From the human T2T-CHM13v2.0 reference genome, Homo sapiens: DNA of 64,000 nucleotides. Of the stretch, positions 14,175 to 28,429 are shown in pieces. The position numbers and the translations under genes were made by a program. The notes beneath the pieces were generated by a model. The model was given only the letters and a program-made list of their open reading frames with translations, was not told where the DNA came from and did not search any database. Position 1 is the first letter of the stretch. Each line of letters starts with the position of its first letter. Where the stretch lies: NCBI RefSeq assembly GCF_009914755.1, contig NC_060945.1. One strand, given 5' to 3'.

Positions 14175-14192
14175 TCTCTCTCTCTCTCTCTG

Positions 14193-14225
<33 letters not shown>

Positions 14226-14252
14226 TTCTCTCACATACACACAAACACACAC
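14175..14252. repeat. (TC)n(CA)n microsatellite
   Basis: Compound dinucleotide run. Confidence 0.92.
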
Positions 14253-15974
14253 TTACTTTTGATACTTTTGATGTATCCATGAACCATATAAACTGTACAG
14301 AGATACTGTAGACTCTACCTCATTTTCAGCTTGCCTCCAGTTTTTACTAAAACAACAATGAGGTCATTATGAAAAAAAAACACATTCCTACTAAATTATA
14401 ACAGTATTACAATCTAAATGATAAAAAAGCCCCTTATAGACTTCTGGATAGATCAGTACACCTTTAAATCCAGTGACGGATTCTTATAAAGGCTATTTCT
14501 CCACTCGTTTAACTCATTCCACTCTGACTTTCTGAGTATTTTTCTATATGCTAACTCCAGCAACTAGCATTGTCAATTCATAGAAGAGTAACACATGCAT
14601 AACCATTAAAAAGGAAAAAAATAAGAGAATAAAAAGATTGTAAACTTAGGTACTGTTTACCCTAGTCTGAGTATAGATTATCCCATCAGTTTTCCCATAA
14701 AGTTAACGAACACTTTAACCTACACAACTTTAAAAATCAGAGTGGAGAACAAGGAAAACTAAAGGTGGAAGCACAGGGCTTGCGTGGAAAAAGGTCTATG
14801 GCCATTTAGCAAATGAACAAAATAAGGCACCCAGAGGGAGAGTAGCCACTGAGAAACATACAGCAAACACTGCTTGGACAATTCCTGAATATGTGACTCT
14901 TTAGCCTTAACTTTCATTGCTTCACTCTGTCTTGAGTACTTTTTTAATATAAAAATTAGTAGTAGAGGACAGCATGAATGTTTTAGACAGACAGACTAAT
15001 GGCAGCTTGACATTGGAAAAGTAACCTAGCCTCTCTGAACCACACATTAATAATTCACGACAGACTGATAATCTAAAACTTCACAAACCCCTAGTGAGGA
15101 AAGCATTAGGTGACATACACAAGTACATGGTAGTAATGGTACACAGAAGAACAAATTGACAAGCTTGTGGTGATCTTCTGATTAGTACTGAGTATTTAGT
15201 TTGCTAAATGAATTGGTACACCAGGAACACCATCAGTCCATATATACTTGCCATTTTTCTTTTTAAAAACAGGGCTAAAGTATCTTAACCTTTTCAAAAA
15301 TAATGTAATTTTTAGGGAGCAAAATGTAAAACATCTGAATTTTTTTAGTGTTATTATGATGCCTTATTATTTATCTAATTGAAGACATAAACCTTAAATA
15401 TCAATGGACAATGTAGACAAGAAAACTGTAATAATTTCTATCAGACTGTCAGCTGCACAAAAGCACAAAAAATATGTAATTTTAAGGCCCTGGAATATAA
15501 TAAATAATACATGAATAAAAGTAAAATTAATATTCAGGTTTTATAGGTCGCAGTGTCTTGAAAACCCATAGGGAGGCTGTTGTCCTCTGCTATTGAGCTT
15601 GTACATTGTGCTTTCATTTCAAATTGTGGGCTTGGAGCTTTCAGCTACCTTCAACTGCAGTGCAGCAGCTGCTTAAAAACTAAGACTTACTTACTCTCAC
15701 GGTAAAGGAGTATGGAAGATGGCCAGCTGTAACTAAAGAATATTGCCATCAGTCTAGCTTACTTAGATGTTTTTCTCCATGCTCATCTTGGCTTTCATTG
15801 TTCTCCTTCCTGTTCCAGATTTACTGTCATCCTTCTTATTTCTGTAGAAAAAGAGAAGTTTCCTTTTCCATTGCATCTTGAGCCCACCCATCTATGGTGA
15901 AAAGCAAACCCACCCTCCCTAGAAGTTGTTATATTCTGTGGGCTCTGCTACTCTAACATTCTCATATGAAAGGA

Positions 15975-16501
<527 letters not shown>

Positions 16502-17527
16502 AAGTCACAAAAGGCTTGGCCTGAAATAGAGATTCAACCAGTGAGTTTCCTTTTTGCCAGCTTGTCATAGGATCTCTGTTTTACCTAACCTTCTGGAATA
16601 TTGTCTTTCTTTCTGTGCTTTTTAAATGTGAATTATTGTGAAGGCTTTGCTCTCTTCCCTTTTTCAGCTACCCCAGGTCTTGATCAGTCTTTAACTTTTT
16701 TTTCTTGGAATCCTCTCCCTTTGTCTTTTTCATTTTTAACTTAATTTTATAAATTTACATTTTTCTTTCTTTTATATTACATGTATTTTTAACTTTCCAG
16801 TTGACTTGTATCTCTATTCCAAAAGCCCTTTGGTAGTTTGTAGTTTAGAAAACTTTAGGTTCAGAGAGATGTCAGCAAGATTGTCAAACTCTCCTTCATG
16901 ATACAACAGCAACAACAACACACAGGTCAATTTTTTTTGTGACAAATACAAAAGCTAATTGTTTAGAAAATAGATCTTACAATAGAAATAAGAAAATAGT
17001 TCTTACAAAATTTCCATAATTTCCATATGTTACAGATTCAAACATTCATAGTGTGGAATTACATCATTACATTATTAATCTAAGATTCGTTAGTTTATTG
17101 AGCACCTACTTTACTTTAAGCAATCTTATGCCCTCTGGGTACACAGTGGACAAGTACCTTCTCTCTAGGTATTTATAGTATAAATGAAGCAGGGTGATAC
17201 AATATTATTTTATTAAATGACAAGCAAGCTTTTTCCAAATGTTCGTAGCAAGTCAAATACTATATCTGCATCTGTACCCTCTCCATGTGTCTCTGCAAGA
17301 TTTTATTGTCAGTAGAGAGAAACATATTAACATAAGATCAATTATCAAAAGTTATTATTATTCGCTACTAAAATGAAAGTTTATGCTGTGCCACTTTGCT
17401 TAATCCTCAAAAAATGTTGAAAAATTTAAATATTCCTCTTTTCCTATATATAGTGATGCTATTTTACAAATATTAGCAAAAAAATCACTAATTTTCCATC
17501 AGTAGAAAATTTTTGAGCTATACTCAC

Positions 17528-17595
17528 TCAAATTGTAAAACTCTTGAGTTCTTATATTCATTCTTCAGATTGCTTGATAGAAAGATCTCATCTAT
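17528..17595 (-). CDS. TMPRSS15: Enteropeptidase coding exon 3 (SEA domain)
   Basis: ttttctag|ATA GAT GAG...CAA TTT GA|gtgagt gives IDEIFLSSNLKNEYKNSRVLQF(E). 68 nt, phase 2; intron 2 is only 252 nt. Confidence 0.98.
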
Positions 17596-17847
17596 CTAGA
17601 AAAATATAAAAGATTGAATGAGTATACTAAATTTAGGATTTTAACTTTTGTTGAAAAATTTATACAAAGCAATCTTTATGTTCTGCTTAGAGTTGGGGCA
17701 ATTTTCTCCATAGTAATGGGGCTCATACATTTGAGTATCTTGGGCATATTACATTTATTCTCTAGTTGTTTCACAGTGAGAAAATGGTGTTTTCAGCAAG
17801 TAGTTAAACTGTGTTATAAAATTTGAAACCAGCTGTCAGTCTCCTAC

Positions 17848-17978
17848 CATTTGCTGAAGGTCAAAAGCAAGAACTTTGAAATCCACTGAGAGTTTGTCTT
17901 GCAAATTAGGATTATATGTAACTCCGGATGTTATTTTAAATGTCGCTCTGGCTTCATGACTCTGTCCAAGTGCTGCAC
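17848..17978 (-). CDS. TMPRSS15: Enteropeptidase coding exon 2 (start of SEA domain)
   Basis: tctag|GT GCA GCA CTT GGA...CAG CAA ATG|gtagga gives (G)AALGQSHEARATFKITSGVTYNPNLQDKLSVDFKVLAFDLQQM. 131 nt; cumulative 276 nt = 92 codons. Confidence 0.98.
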
Positions 17979-19144
17979 CTAGATAAATTAATAAGGAAAA
18001 AACACTAAGATTTTGGATTATGAGTAGGAGAAAATATGCACATTCTGTTAAGACATAGAAGTAAAGCTCTCGCCTGATGTGTTAGCTCTGTAGTTCTTGC
18101 TTTTTCTTTGTAGTCTCATGTTTCAAAATCAGCTGCTTTCTTTCACCAGCTGTCTGATTGTTTTAAAAGATTGGAAACTAAACCTTTTCTCCATTCTTTC
18201 AATATTTTTTTTCTTTTCTTTGAAGTCTAACCCACACTCCAAGCTTCCAAATTTTCATTATTATTGTTATTGAGATTCCTGTTGGAAGATACACGGACTG
18301 ATGAACTCCCACCAATCATGGGAAGTGACTCAGGGAAACATGGTGAGAAGTGAACCATTAAAAGTTTTGTAGTTGCTTTCAGATACTTCTTGAACACCTA
18401 GCATCCAGGGACACCACTGGGTTTTGACATATGAATTCCTGTGAAGATTTCAGTGTTTTGGTTACTTTGAAACATGACTTTGAGGCTACTTCTTTCATTC
18501 TAATAATTATAAAAATGGCATGCATGACCTTGTGCCATTAGCTGGTGACTGTCTTTGTTGAAGACGTTATTTAGAATGCTGTAGAAAATAGATAACCTCA
18601 CTAGGAAAAAAAAATGTAAAAAAAGAAGGTTAACGAATTAAATATAAACATGGATAATAAAATGTGTCATTAAGTCCTACATAATCCCTTTATCAGCATA
18701 TTTTCATTGACACTGATTTATGTTTAAAATGAATTGCTTCAACTGAAACTCACAATAATGAACTCATTAGTAAATATAATAATAATGACATATAATTCTC
18801 ACAATAATCTGGTGCGAGAAGACGTAGTTTCTTCTTTTCTGAGATAGGGTAATTGGAGTTTAGAACGATTAAGAAAATTTCTCAAGGTAGTAAAGGTCTT
18901 AGGCAACAGATCTGGAATTTGGTCATTGAAATGACTGACTCTACAACCCAGGATCTCTATATAATACATTGACACCAAACTATCCCATTAAGAGGATAAT
19001 TAGAAATAATAATTCAGGCAGTATGTGTGCATATAGTCTAAATAGCTTTAATTGCATAATTGATGTAACATATTATTTATACTATTTCATTTGTATTTTA
19101 AATACTCAAAATTACATTGAAGTTTGCATGTTTAAATGTAGAAT

Positions 19145-19450
19145 ACAAAGAAGGACTGAGGAACTACAACAGATTAAAGGAGACTAAGGAAGCGTAATAA
19201 CTAAATCTTATATAGGAATCTGCATTGGATCTTAAGCTGGTAAAGGGCATTAGTGGAAAAACTGGTGAAATTTGAATAAAGTATGTGGTTCAGTTAACAA
19301 TACTGTAGAAATGTTAATTTTTTGATTGTGACAATTGTACTGTGGATAAACGAAATATTAACATCCAAGGAAGCTGGGTTATATGAGAACTCTGTACAAT
19401 TTTTGCAACTTTTAATAAGTCTAAAGTGAAGTCAAAAAAAGTATAAAAAA
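19145..19450 (+). mobile_element. Old L1 3' end (L1MC/MD-like)
   Basis: 'cattagtggaaaaactggtgaaatttgaataaag...gaactctgtac..tttttgcaacttt...aagtctaaa'. Confidence 0.7.
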
Positions 19451-19472
19451 TGTTAAAAGTAGTATGTGCTTT

Positions 19473-21402
19473 GAAAGCCCTAAAGACTCTGCAAAAAGGC
19501 TCCTGAAACTGATAAATGACTTCAGCAAAGTTTCAGGATACAAAATAAATGTACAATGTCAGTTGCATTTCTATACGCTAAATACATTCAAGCTGAGAGC
19601 CAAATCAAGAATTTAATCCCATTGTCAATAGCCATACAAAAGATAAAATACTTAGGAATATCTCTCACCAAGGATATAAAAGAGACCTACAAGGATAACT
19701 ACAAAACACTGCTATAAAAATCAGATAACACAAACAAATGGAAATAATTCCATGCTAATGGATTGGAAGAATCAATGTTGTTAAAATGACCATACTGCCC
19801 AAAGCAACCTACAGATTCAATGCTATTCCTATTAAACTATCAAACTCATTTTTCATAAAATCATAAAAAATGATTCAAAAATTCATATGGAACTAGGAAA
19901 GAGCCAGAATAGTCAAAGCAATCCTAAGCTAAAAGAACAAAGTCAGAGGCATCACATTACGCAACTTCATGCTATACTATAAAGCTATAGTAACTAAAAC
20001 AGCATGGTAGTAGTACAAATACAGATACATAGTCCAATGAAACAGAATAGAGAACCCACAGTAAAGTAAAGCTACACATCTACAGCCATCTAATCTTTAA
20101 CAAAGTTGACAGAAAATAAACAATGAGGAAAGGACTTGCTAGTTAATAAACAGTGCTGGTATATCTGGCTAGCCATATGCAGAAGAATGAAACTGGATCC
20201 CTACCTTTCACCATATACAAAAATTAACGCAAGATAAATTAAAGATTTAAATTAAGACCTCAAACTATAACAATCCTAGAGGAAAAAAGGAAAACATCAT
20301 TCTGGAAATTATGCTTGGCAGAGAATTTAGGACTAAATCCTCAAAAGCAGTTGCAACGAAACCAAAAATTGGCAAGTGGGGCCTAATTAAACTAAAGATC
20401 TTCTGCACTGCAAAATAAACTATCAAGAAAGTCAACATACAACCTATGGAATGGGAGGAAATACTTGCAAACGATGCATCTGACAAGGTCTAATATCCCG
20501 AATCTATAAGGATCTTAAATAATTGCACAAACAAAAAACAAATAAACCCATTAAAAACTGGGCAAAAAACATGAACAAGCACTTGTCAAAAAAAGACATA
20601 CAAGTGGCTAACAAATATTTTAAAAAATACTCATCACCACTAATCACCAGAGAAATGTAAATCAAAACCACAATGAGATACCATCTCATGCTGGTCGGAA
20701 TGGCTATTACCAAAGAATCGAAAAACAACAGATGTTGACAAGGCTGCAGAGAAACAGGAATACTTATACACCGTTGATAGAAATGTAAATTAGTTCAGCC
20801 ACTGTGCAAAGCAGTTTGGCTATTTCTCAAAGAACCTAAAACAGAAATACCATTTGACCCAGCAATCCCATTACTGGGTATATATCAAAAAGAAAATAAG
20901 TCATTCTACCAAACAGACACACGCACTCACATGTTCATCACAGCACAGTTTACAATAGCAAAGTTATGGACTCAACCTAGGTGCCCATCAACGGTGTACT
21001 GGATAAAGAAAATGTGGTACATATGCATTGTGGAATAAGATGCAGCCATAAAAAAGAATGAACTCATGTCCTTTGCAGCAACATGGATGCAGCTAGAGGC
21101 CATTATACTAAGCAAATTAATGCAGGAACAGAAAAAACAAATACCACATGTTCTCAAGCATAAGTGGGAGCTAAACAGCAGGCACTCGTGGACATAAAGA
21201 TGGCAACAATAGACACTGGGGACTACCAGAAGGGGAAAGTGGGAGAGGGGCAAGGGTTGACAAACTAACTTCTGGGTACTATGCTCAGTACCTGGGTGAT
21301 GGGATCATTCATACCCCAAACCTCAATATATGCAATATACCCAGGTAACAAGCCTGCACATGTGCCCCCTGAATCTAAAATAATAGTTTAAAAAGAAAAA
21401 AA
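19473..21402 (+). mobile_element. 5'-truncated L1PA15/16-like LINE in intron 1, antisense to the gene
   Basis: Decayed ORF2 3' part plus 3'UTR 'gacataaagatggcaacaatagacactggggactac...ccccctgaatctaaaata'. Degenerate TSD aaaagtagtatgtg / aatagcagtatgca. Confidence 0.92.
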
Positions 21403-21894
21403 TAGCAGTATGCATTATGATCTCTGATGTATTGGTAAAGCATTAACTCGAATCCCTTTTTATATTTAGCTGTTCACTGTTAAACAGTATTATCACTTAT
21501 AAATATTTATTTTCTCTTTCACTTGTAAAATAACTAACCTTTGTATGTTTATTGAACAACAGGGATTCCAATGGACTTTCAAATGCTTATAGATCCTTCA
21601 AGTTATTCACAGCAATTAAATAAGACCAAAACAGCCATTTTTCTAAAAGTTTAATTCAATCTGTATTGTATTTTAGTACTTTGTATAATTTTATAAAATA
21701 TCCACACTTTCTTTCCCTTTAAAATATAGCCCGTGTGTATGTCTATAGTTTTTAAATAGACCAGGAATTATACTAAAATTATTTAATAAAACTATGGCAT
21801 GTGCATTACATTCTAATTTAAACTTACTTATTTACTAGAATAAAATAGCTAACCCAACAATTGTGAATTTAATAGGTAAAACTAAAATCACTCA

Positions 21895-22239
<345 letters not shown>

Positions 22240-22339
22240 TTAAAAATGTAAAAAATTGTTTTTAAGAGAAAATAAACTGTTAATACGTAGGTTATTGCTA
22301 TGCTTTCAATTTTTTAAATTTACCCTATAAATGAATAAG

Positions 22340-22560
22340 TGGTAAGATGGACTATAAGTTCCAGAGCGGGATTGTCTAGTTTGGAATCTTACTTCTGCTA
22401 CCCACTAATAATGTGAACTTAAGCAAGTTACTTCTAGTCTCTGTCTCAGATCCCTCATCTGTAAAACGAGCATACCAATAAGCTTTCATATGTTGTAGCT
22501 ACACAATACATTTGAAGGTATTTTAAAAGCTGTTGGTACAAAGTTAGCTCTAACTAAGAG
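22340..22560 (+). mobile_element. MIR remnant
   Basis: 'tgtgaacttaagcaagttacttc...tctcagatccctcatctgtaaaa'. Confidence 0.65.
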
Positions 22561-23128
22561 TTATCATTTCTTATGCTTTTTCTGTTTATCGGAGTTGCTA
22601 CTCAGTTTGTGACCTTTTTAAGTCTACATTTATATCCAAGTTATTTTATATTAGTAGAATTAAAATGGTTAGACTGATAAGAGAATGAAGATAGAAATAA
22701 ACAATATTTTCTGTTAACTTTGCATGTTTATCTACTTACATATTCAACAACATGTTAATATGTTTGTGATTTAAATTATATCAAAACAAAATCAGGGGCC
22801 ATGAAATCTACTTGATTATATGTTGAAACCAAGATACTTATTTAACATTATTTATTTTAAAAACTACTCAGTCTCATGCTTAAATTCTGCATTAAGTTTC
22901 AAATTACATACCAATTAATTTTCCTAATATTCTCTGAAGGGAACTACAGAGAAGTACATGAAGGCAACATAAATATTTTGTCATGAAGATTAATTTGAAA
23001 TATTAGATGGAAAGCCCAAAATAATGCATTTAGTTGGCAATGAATAAAATAGACTTACAGAATAACTGACACTAAAGTGTGTACATTCAGCTGAGAGCAC
23101 CTTCACGAGCCAACTCCATGTGACTTAC

Positions 23129-23273
23129 CTCGTTGGGATTCCTTGATTGTCAGGCAGGATACTGCAATTAATCCAGCACAGAGCACTACCAATATGGCAA
23201 AGAGAGCTGCAAACATGATTTCATAGGAGCTGAGAGAATGATGCCTAGAAGATATGCCTCTTTTCGACCCCAT
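23129..23273 (-). CDS. TMPRSS15: Enteropeptidase coding exon 1 (Met1-Arg48 plus first base of Gly49): cytoplasmic tail and type II signal-anchor
   Basis: Reverse complement reads ATG GGG TCG AAA AGA... = MGSKRGISSRHHSLSSYEIMFAALFAILVVLCAGLIAVSCLTIKESQR, which I recognise as the human enteropeptidase N-terminus. It ends at a consensus donor AG|GTAAGT; 145 nt, phase 1. Confidence 0.98.
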
Positions 23274-23700
23274 TTTTGGTTTTGAAGGCTTGCTAATTTA
23301 AGAACTGAAAGAGAATATAAATAATTCTACCAACTGAAGAGAAAAATCTCTCAAATTTTTAAAGATGTGTAAAGCAACAACCACCTGTCTACATGCATAC
23401 CAGTCAGTGTAAGTGAGTTGTGTATGTCTCTTTGGCAAAATTATGTCTCTATACATTAAGTATCATTAAAAGGGTAGTTAATCTTTAAGAAGATATAAAT
23501 GAGTAAAGATGCCTAGAGTTGTAAATGTTAACTACCTGAACAGGCCATTTGCCAAGGTGAATCAAATTAAATTCATGTTGTAAACAAAAGACATTTTATC
23601 ATTTTGAGAACTATTAAGAAAAATGTGAAATTCATGACAGACAAATTAGTCACTAGGCACATGCATCTGATATTCATAGAGAGAGTTCCTAACAGATCAA
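23274..23700 (-). promoter_or_regulatory. TMPRSS15: TMPRSS15 5'UTR / proximal promoter region with HNF1-like site (23477-23489)
   Basis: Non-repetitive sequence directly upstream of the ATG. GTTAATCTTTAAG resembles the HNF1 consensus GTTAATNATTAAC. The extent is arbitrary and the TSS cannot be determined from sequence. Confidence 0.5.
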
Positions 23701-24989
23701 CCTTCTACCCTCTGACTCAGATGATTCTTAAGACACTTCTCTTATATGTTGATATAGACCTTCTAAAAATAACTTTTAGGTGCAGATGTATATAAAGCCT
23801 AACATATATATACTCTCTCTGTGTACATATACATATACATGTATTCCTTATGGAAACAATCAAAAGTGTTGCAAACTTTGTTATGTCACCCAGGTGAAGT
23901 TATGCAATGTAAGGCAGTATTACATAAGGGAAAGTACACTTAAACAAGGCGTTCTATGGCTACTCTTTATGGCCTTGTGCAGTTATTAATGAATGGTAGT
24001 ACCTGTCATAAGAGGAATAAAATATGTGTTTCTATTCTAAGAAAATAGTCTGGGTGGGGAAGACATTGCTCACTTGCCCTGGACTTTATCTCTTTAAATA
24101 TGCCAATTAGAACAAGAGAACAGGTTAAGATAATCATAGTTATAGTTGTAGATATATGCTTTATGGAAAAATCAAAGTCATTTTCTGATAATTAAATTAC
24201 GGTTTAGCATTGGGATTATTCACACCATGAATAATGATGAGTTCAGGAACTTTAAAACACAAAAATTAAAACTAAATAAAACCGAATCTATTCTGAAGTA
24301 AACCAATGTGACTTTTATTCTGGTAAATAAAACTGGCAGGAGGTAAGAAAGTTTTAGATTGGAAACCCCTAACACACTGAAATTGTGGCATATTATAATG
24401 GGCTAAGATGAACAGTAGCTGCTTTTCTTCTTCTTTACCCATGAAAGAAGAGAATTGCCTGTTGCCCCCAAACTCAAGAATTTTTGCTGATAAAAATAGA
24501 ATTATGAGTAAACAAATGTATTTCATTGAAAATATTTATATTTTTAGCTAATTGACTTAAATATATATATGAAATATATATATGAAATCAGAGACACCAC
24601 TTATGGACTTGGGAGAAGTTTATTTTATTTATATTCTAGGGGACAATTACAATAGGCCAGACCCTCTGATAAAATTGGAACCTACAAAAAGCGCCTCTTG
24701 AATTTGGAAAGCCAAAGTGAAAGCACAATGACTGTTTTCTTTGTATGGCTAGTGCAGAAGCAAACCCTTTTTAGAATATCATATAGCGCTTTAAGTTACA
24801 TTTCTTTTGACTTTATAGAAGGAAAGCAGAAGACAGTGAGTTCACATGTCTGCTTCAAGCATAGCATGGATTAATGGATAAAATATTAGATTGAAAGCCC
24901 AAAATAATGCATTTAGTTTCAGAAACAAAACTTTCACTTTCGATCACAAATTCTCCTCAAATAATGTTTTAAATAATTATATTTAGTAT

Positions 24990-26960
24990 CAAGCAAATGA
25001 GTGAAAGAATAGCTTTTTTAAAGAAGGCAATAATTTATGGAGGACAGACTGAAATTAAACAAACAGATGAATGTGAAAAATCAAATCACATATCTTGAAA
25101 TTTTTTGAAAAGTTATTAAAATAAAACAGGACTTGCCCTATCAGGTAACAAAACTCGTTACAAAGCTGTGATATAAAGAGAGTGTTGTATCAGTCCCAGC
25201 AAAGAAAACTGTCTCAGCGGAATTAAGTGCCCATAAGTGTGATTTGCATATGGAAACTTCATATATGAAAAACGTAGGGCATTAATAATAGGTTAGAAAA
25301 GAGTGGCTCTTCAATACATAGCGCCGCATTGATTTGTTCTCCATCTTCACATGAAGAACTTCAGATCTTCATCTCACACCGTGAAGAGACATAAATTCCA
25401 GGTGGATTAAGCATATATAAAAAGCACGGAAAAATTTTAGAAGAAAATATAGAAGAATGTCTTTCTAATGATAAGGTATTGAAGGAATTTTTAGAAAAGG
25501 ATTCAAAAATAAAAGGAAAAATCATGAAGAACATTGATAAATTTAGCCAATAGTAACACTGACTTTTCTTTTTTTAAAACAAAGTGTATCTAAAAAATAA
25601 AACCCTAAGCCACAGACTTGTGTTTTTTTCTTTATAATTTTTTTCAAACTGCATATGTTTTCATTCAGCTATGACAGAATTGAACTGAGGCAAAAATTTT
25701 GGTATGAGGTACTTACATTTATTTTAAAGGCAGTCCAGAAAACCTCCATGAGAAGGGCTGGGAAGTGAAGAGATGGAGGGTGATAAAGCCAGTGAAGACT
25801 GGGTGTGATCAAGCCAGTTACCATCATAGGCATCTGGAACATAAGTCTGCTTGGGACCTGCGTGAGACAGTGGGAACGCGTGTCAGAGCTATCCCACTTA
25901 GGGGGAAATAGAGTGGAATATTCATTTGCCAAAAAGCCATGCTCATTGGTTGAGGTTAGCTTCTGGGACGTCAAGTCTGGCACTTCGAGTTACTCTGTGT
26001 GAGTAGAACATCCAGGGAAGCTGACTTCAGTGTGCAGAGATGAATGAGAGGGCCTGTGAGTATAGAATCCTTACAATAGCTGCTATGGCTTACAAATAAA
26101 AAACACTCTTCAGAGATTAAAGAGATTTTCTATTGACTAACAGATAAAAGACAAGTAGCAGGCAATTGACAAAAAGGGCAAAACCAAACAAAAAAGAAAG
26201 AAAACAGGAGCACACAAATGTCTATAGGTGGTCAATGTTAGTAGTAGTTATGGAATTCTAATAAAAATAAAAAACTGACCTTAGACATATAAGCAAAAAT
26301 TAAAAGCCTTAGCAATACTTAGTAGTGTCATTCATCGCTTGTCTGAGTGAAGATTCAAATAATCAAGTTGAATAGCAATTTGGTTAATATCTAGAAAAAC
26401 TAAATGCACACATACAATCTGACCTCCAAATTCTCTTTCCAGTTAAATCTGGGACAAGTAGACAATGAGATAACATTCATTATAATACAATTATAATAAA
26501 ATTGTAAGCCCTACAAAATATAGGGAAAACTTAAGTGTTCATCAATAGGAAAATGAAAAAGTGAAGTGTATTATGTTTATAGAATAAAATGTTATACACA
26601 AGTTTAAAGTACATGAACTAAAGTTGTATGTACTAAACTAGAAATAATAAAACAAAATTATATGCAAAGAAACAAGTTTAGAGGGTTATATGTGATGTTG
26701 CACAGCCTAAAGTAGAAAAGAAAATCATTTGTTTAGTGATGCAATTCTGTGGATAAGAGTGTACCCGGAAACGATAAATAGAAAATCCGTATGATGGTTA
26801 CTTCTGAGGAGAAAAGGGGTTGGTTAATATAGAAATAGAACAACAAGGTGTATTTGTATTGCATTACTTCTGTTAAAATATTTGAAATACATTAATGAAC
26901 CACATAAACTTTGACACAGTTAGAGGAGTAGGACATGTGAGTTAATATTCTGCATTTTTA
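24990..26960 (+). mobile_element. Highly decayed L1ME-like ORF2/3' fragments, interrupted by an LTR
   Basis: Remnant ORF2 motifs 'ggacttgccctatcagg..caaaact..ttacaaagctgtgat', 'ataaattccaggtggattaa' and 'aagtgttcatcaatagga'. Confidence 0.6.
25665..26085 (-). mobile_element. ERVL-type LTR (LTR33/LTR41-like)
   Basis: GC-richer block with 'aagccagttaccatcataggcatctggaac...gggacct..gagacagtg...cagagctatcccac'; family assignment is from memory. Confidence 0.45.
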
Positions 26961-27076
26961 AAAAAATAGATCAAAAGTTAAAGGGGAGACATAAGATTGA
27001 AGTCTCTGTGGTATTATTAATAATTTTCATCTTACCAAATAATTATTAAAATTGAAAGAAACTTTATGTGCTAAAC

Positions 27077-27334
27077 TTTCTTTTTCTTTTTTTCTTTTCT
27101 TTTTTTTTTTTTTTTTTGAGACAGTCTCATTCTGTCACCCAGGGTGGAGTGCAGTGACATGATCTTGGTTTACTACTAACTCTGCTTCCTGGGCTCAAGC
27201 AATCCTCCCACCTCAGCCTCCTGAGTATATGGGGCTAAAGGTGTGTGCCATCATGCCCAGATAATTTTCTCTTCCCCCGCTTTTTTCTTTTTGTAGAAAT
27301 GAGGTCTCACTTCGTTGTCCAGGCTGGACTTGAA
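27077..27334 (-). mobile_element. AluJ, 5'-truncated
   Basis: 'cctgggctcaagcaatcctcccacctcagcc'; T-rich tail at left. Confidence 0.88.
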
Positions 27335-28429
27335 GGAGCTTTTCTATTGTGAAAAGTGTAGAAGTTACAAAAATGTCCCCATTAGCCAAGTCACTGAATG
27401 CCCATAGGAGAATAAGATAATTATTTTAAACATATACTTGAGACATTTAACCGTATAAGATAAAACGCTTTATGTGAAGTGGAAACAAATGAATACATAT
27501 TTGGGATGGCAAATAAAGAGAATATACAGCTCTAGATAGGGAAGATCACTAACTTAAAGAAAATTTCAGTGAGTAAATTGTTGTGTACCATTTTGGTAAT
27601 AGGAATGACATATTCTGGTTAGGTGAATAATGAAGTAGAAAGAGACTTGAGGATAGTTGGGTATGGAGTGGGTGTAGCCAATGCTTTAGTTTTTGAGACT
27701 CCTAAAGGTGGATTATAATTATTTTTGCCTAGGGCAAATAAAAGGGTAAGAATAGAACAGAGAAGAAAATTAAGAGTCTGATAAGCTCTTGATAATGTTA
27801 TAGAAGCAAACAGACCATGTGCACAACATATAGTGTTCATTTGTTCACAAATAAGTGGTTTTATACTCTGACTGTATGAAGTAGCAGTAGAAATTGCAGA
27901 GTTCCTAAAGATTAAAGCCATGAACACTTCTGTGAAATTTCATTCACTGTTCAACACAAGATGAGAAAACCCAAACAGCTTTCACCTTTAAATAATTTTG
28001 TGTGGCTGGGTTGTAATCAGATAAATATCTCTAATACAGTTACATTTTTAGAAACTAATATAAAATAAGAAAATATGTATTCTTCGTCAAAAATACTTCT
28101 GGACATTTCAGAGACTTCTTTTTTCTCCAAAAATACCAGTGCCATAGTCAATGAACACTCCTAGGATTGATGGTTCCAAGTTGATATGAGCTTAAGAAAT
28201 ACACATTTGCTTTTCTCCAAGACTGGTAATTATTTCTTTGACTTTCTATATAATTTTAACATGTTATTCTGAGATCTAATTGGCAAATTCTTTGTATTTT
28301 AGGTTTTTAAAGGGGTGGTCATCTTTATTCACACACAGTCTGAGGACTATTTAATAAACATCTTAACTAGGCACAAAGGAGAAGGTGGACCTTTAAATAT
28401 TATTAAATGTCTTTATCATTGAGGATTCT

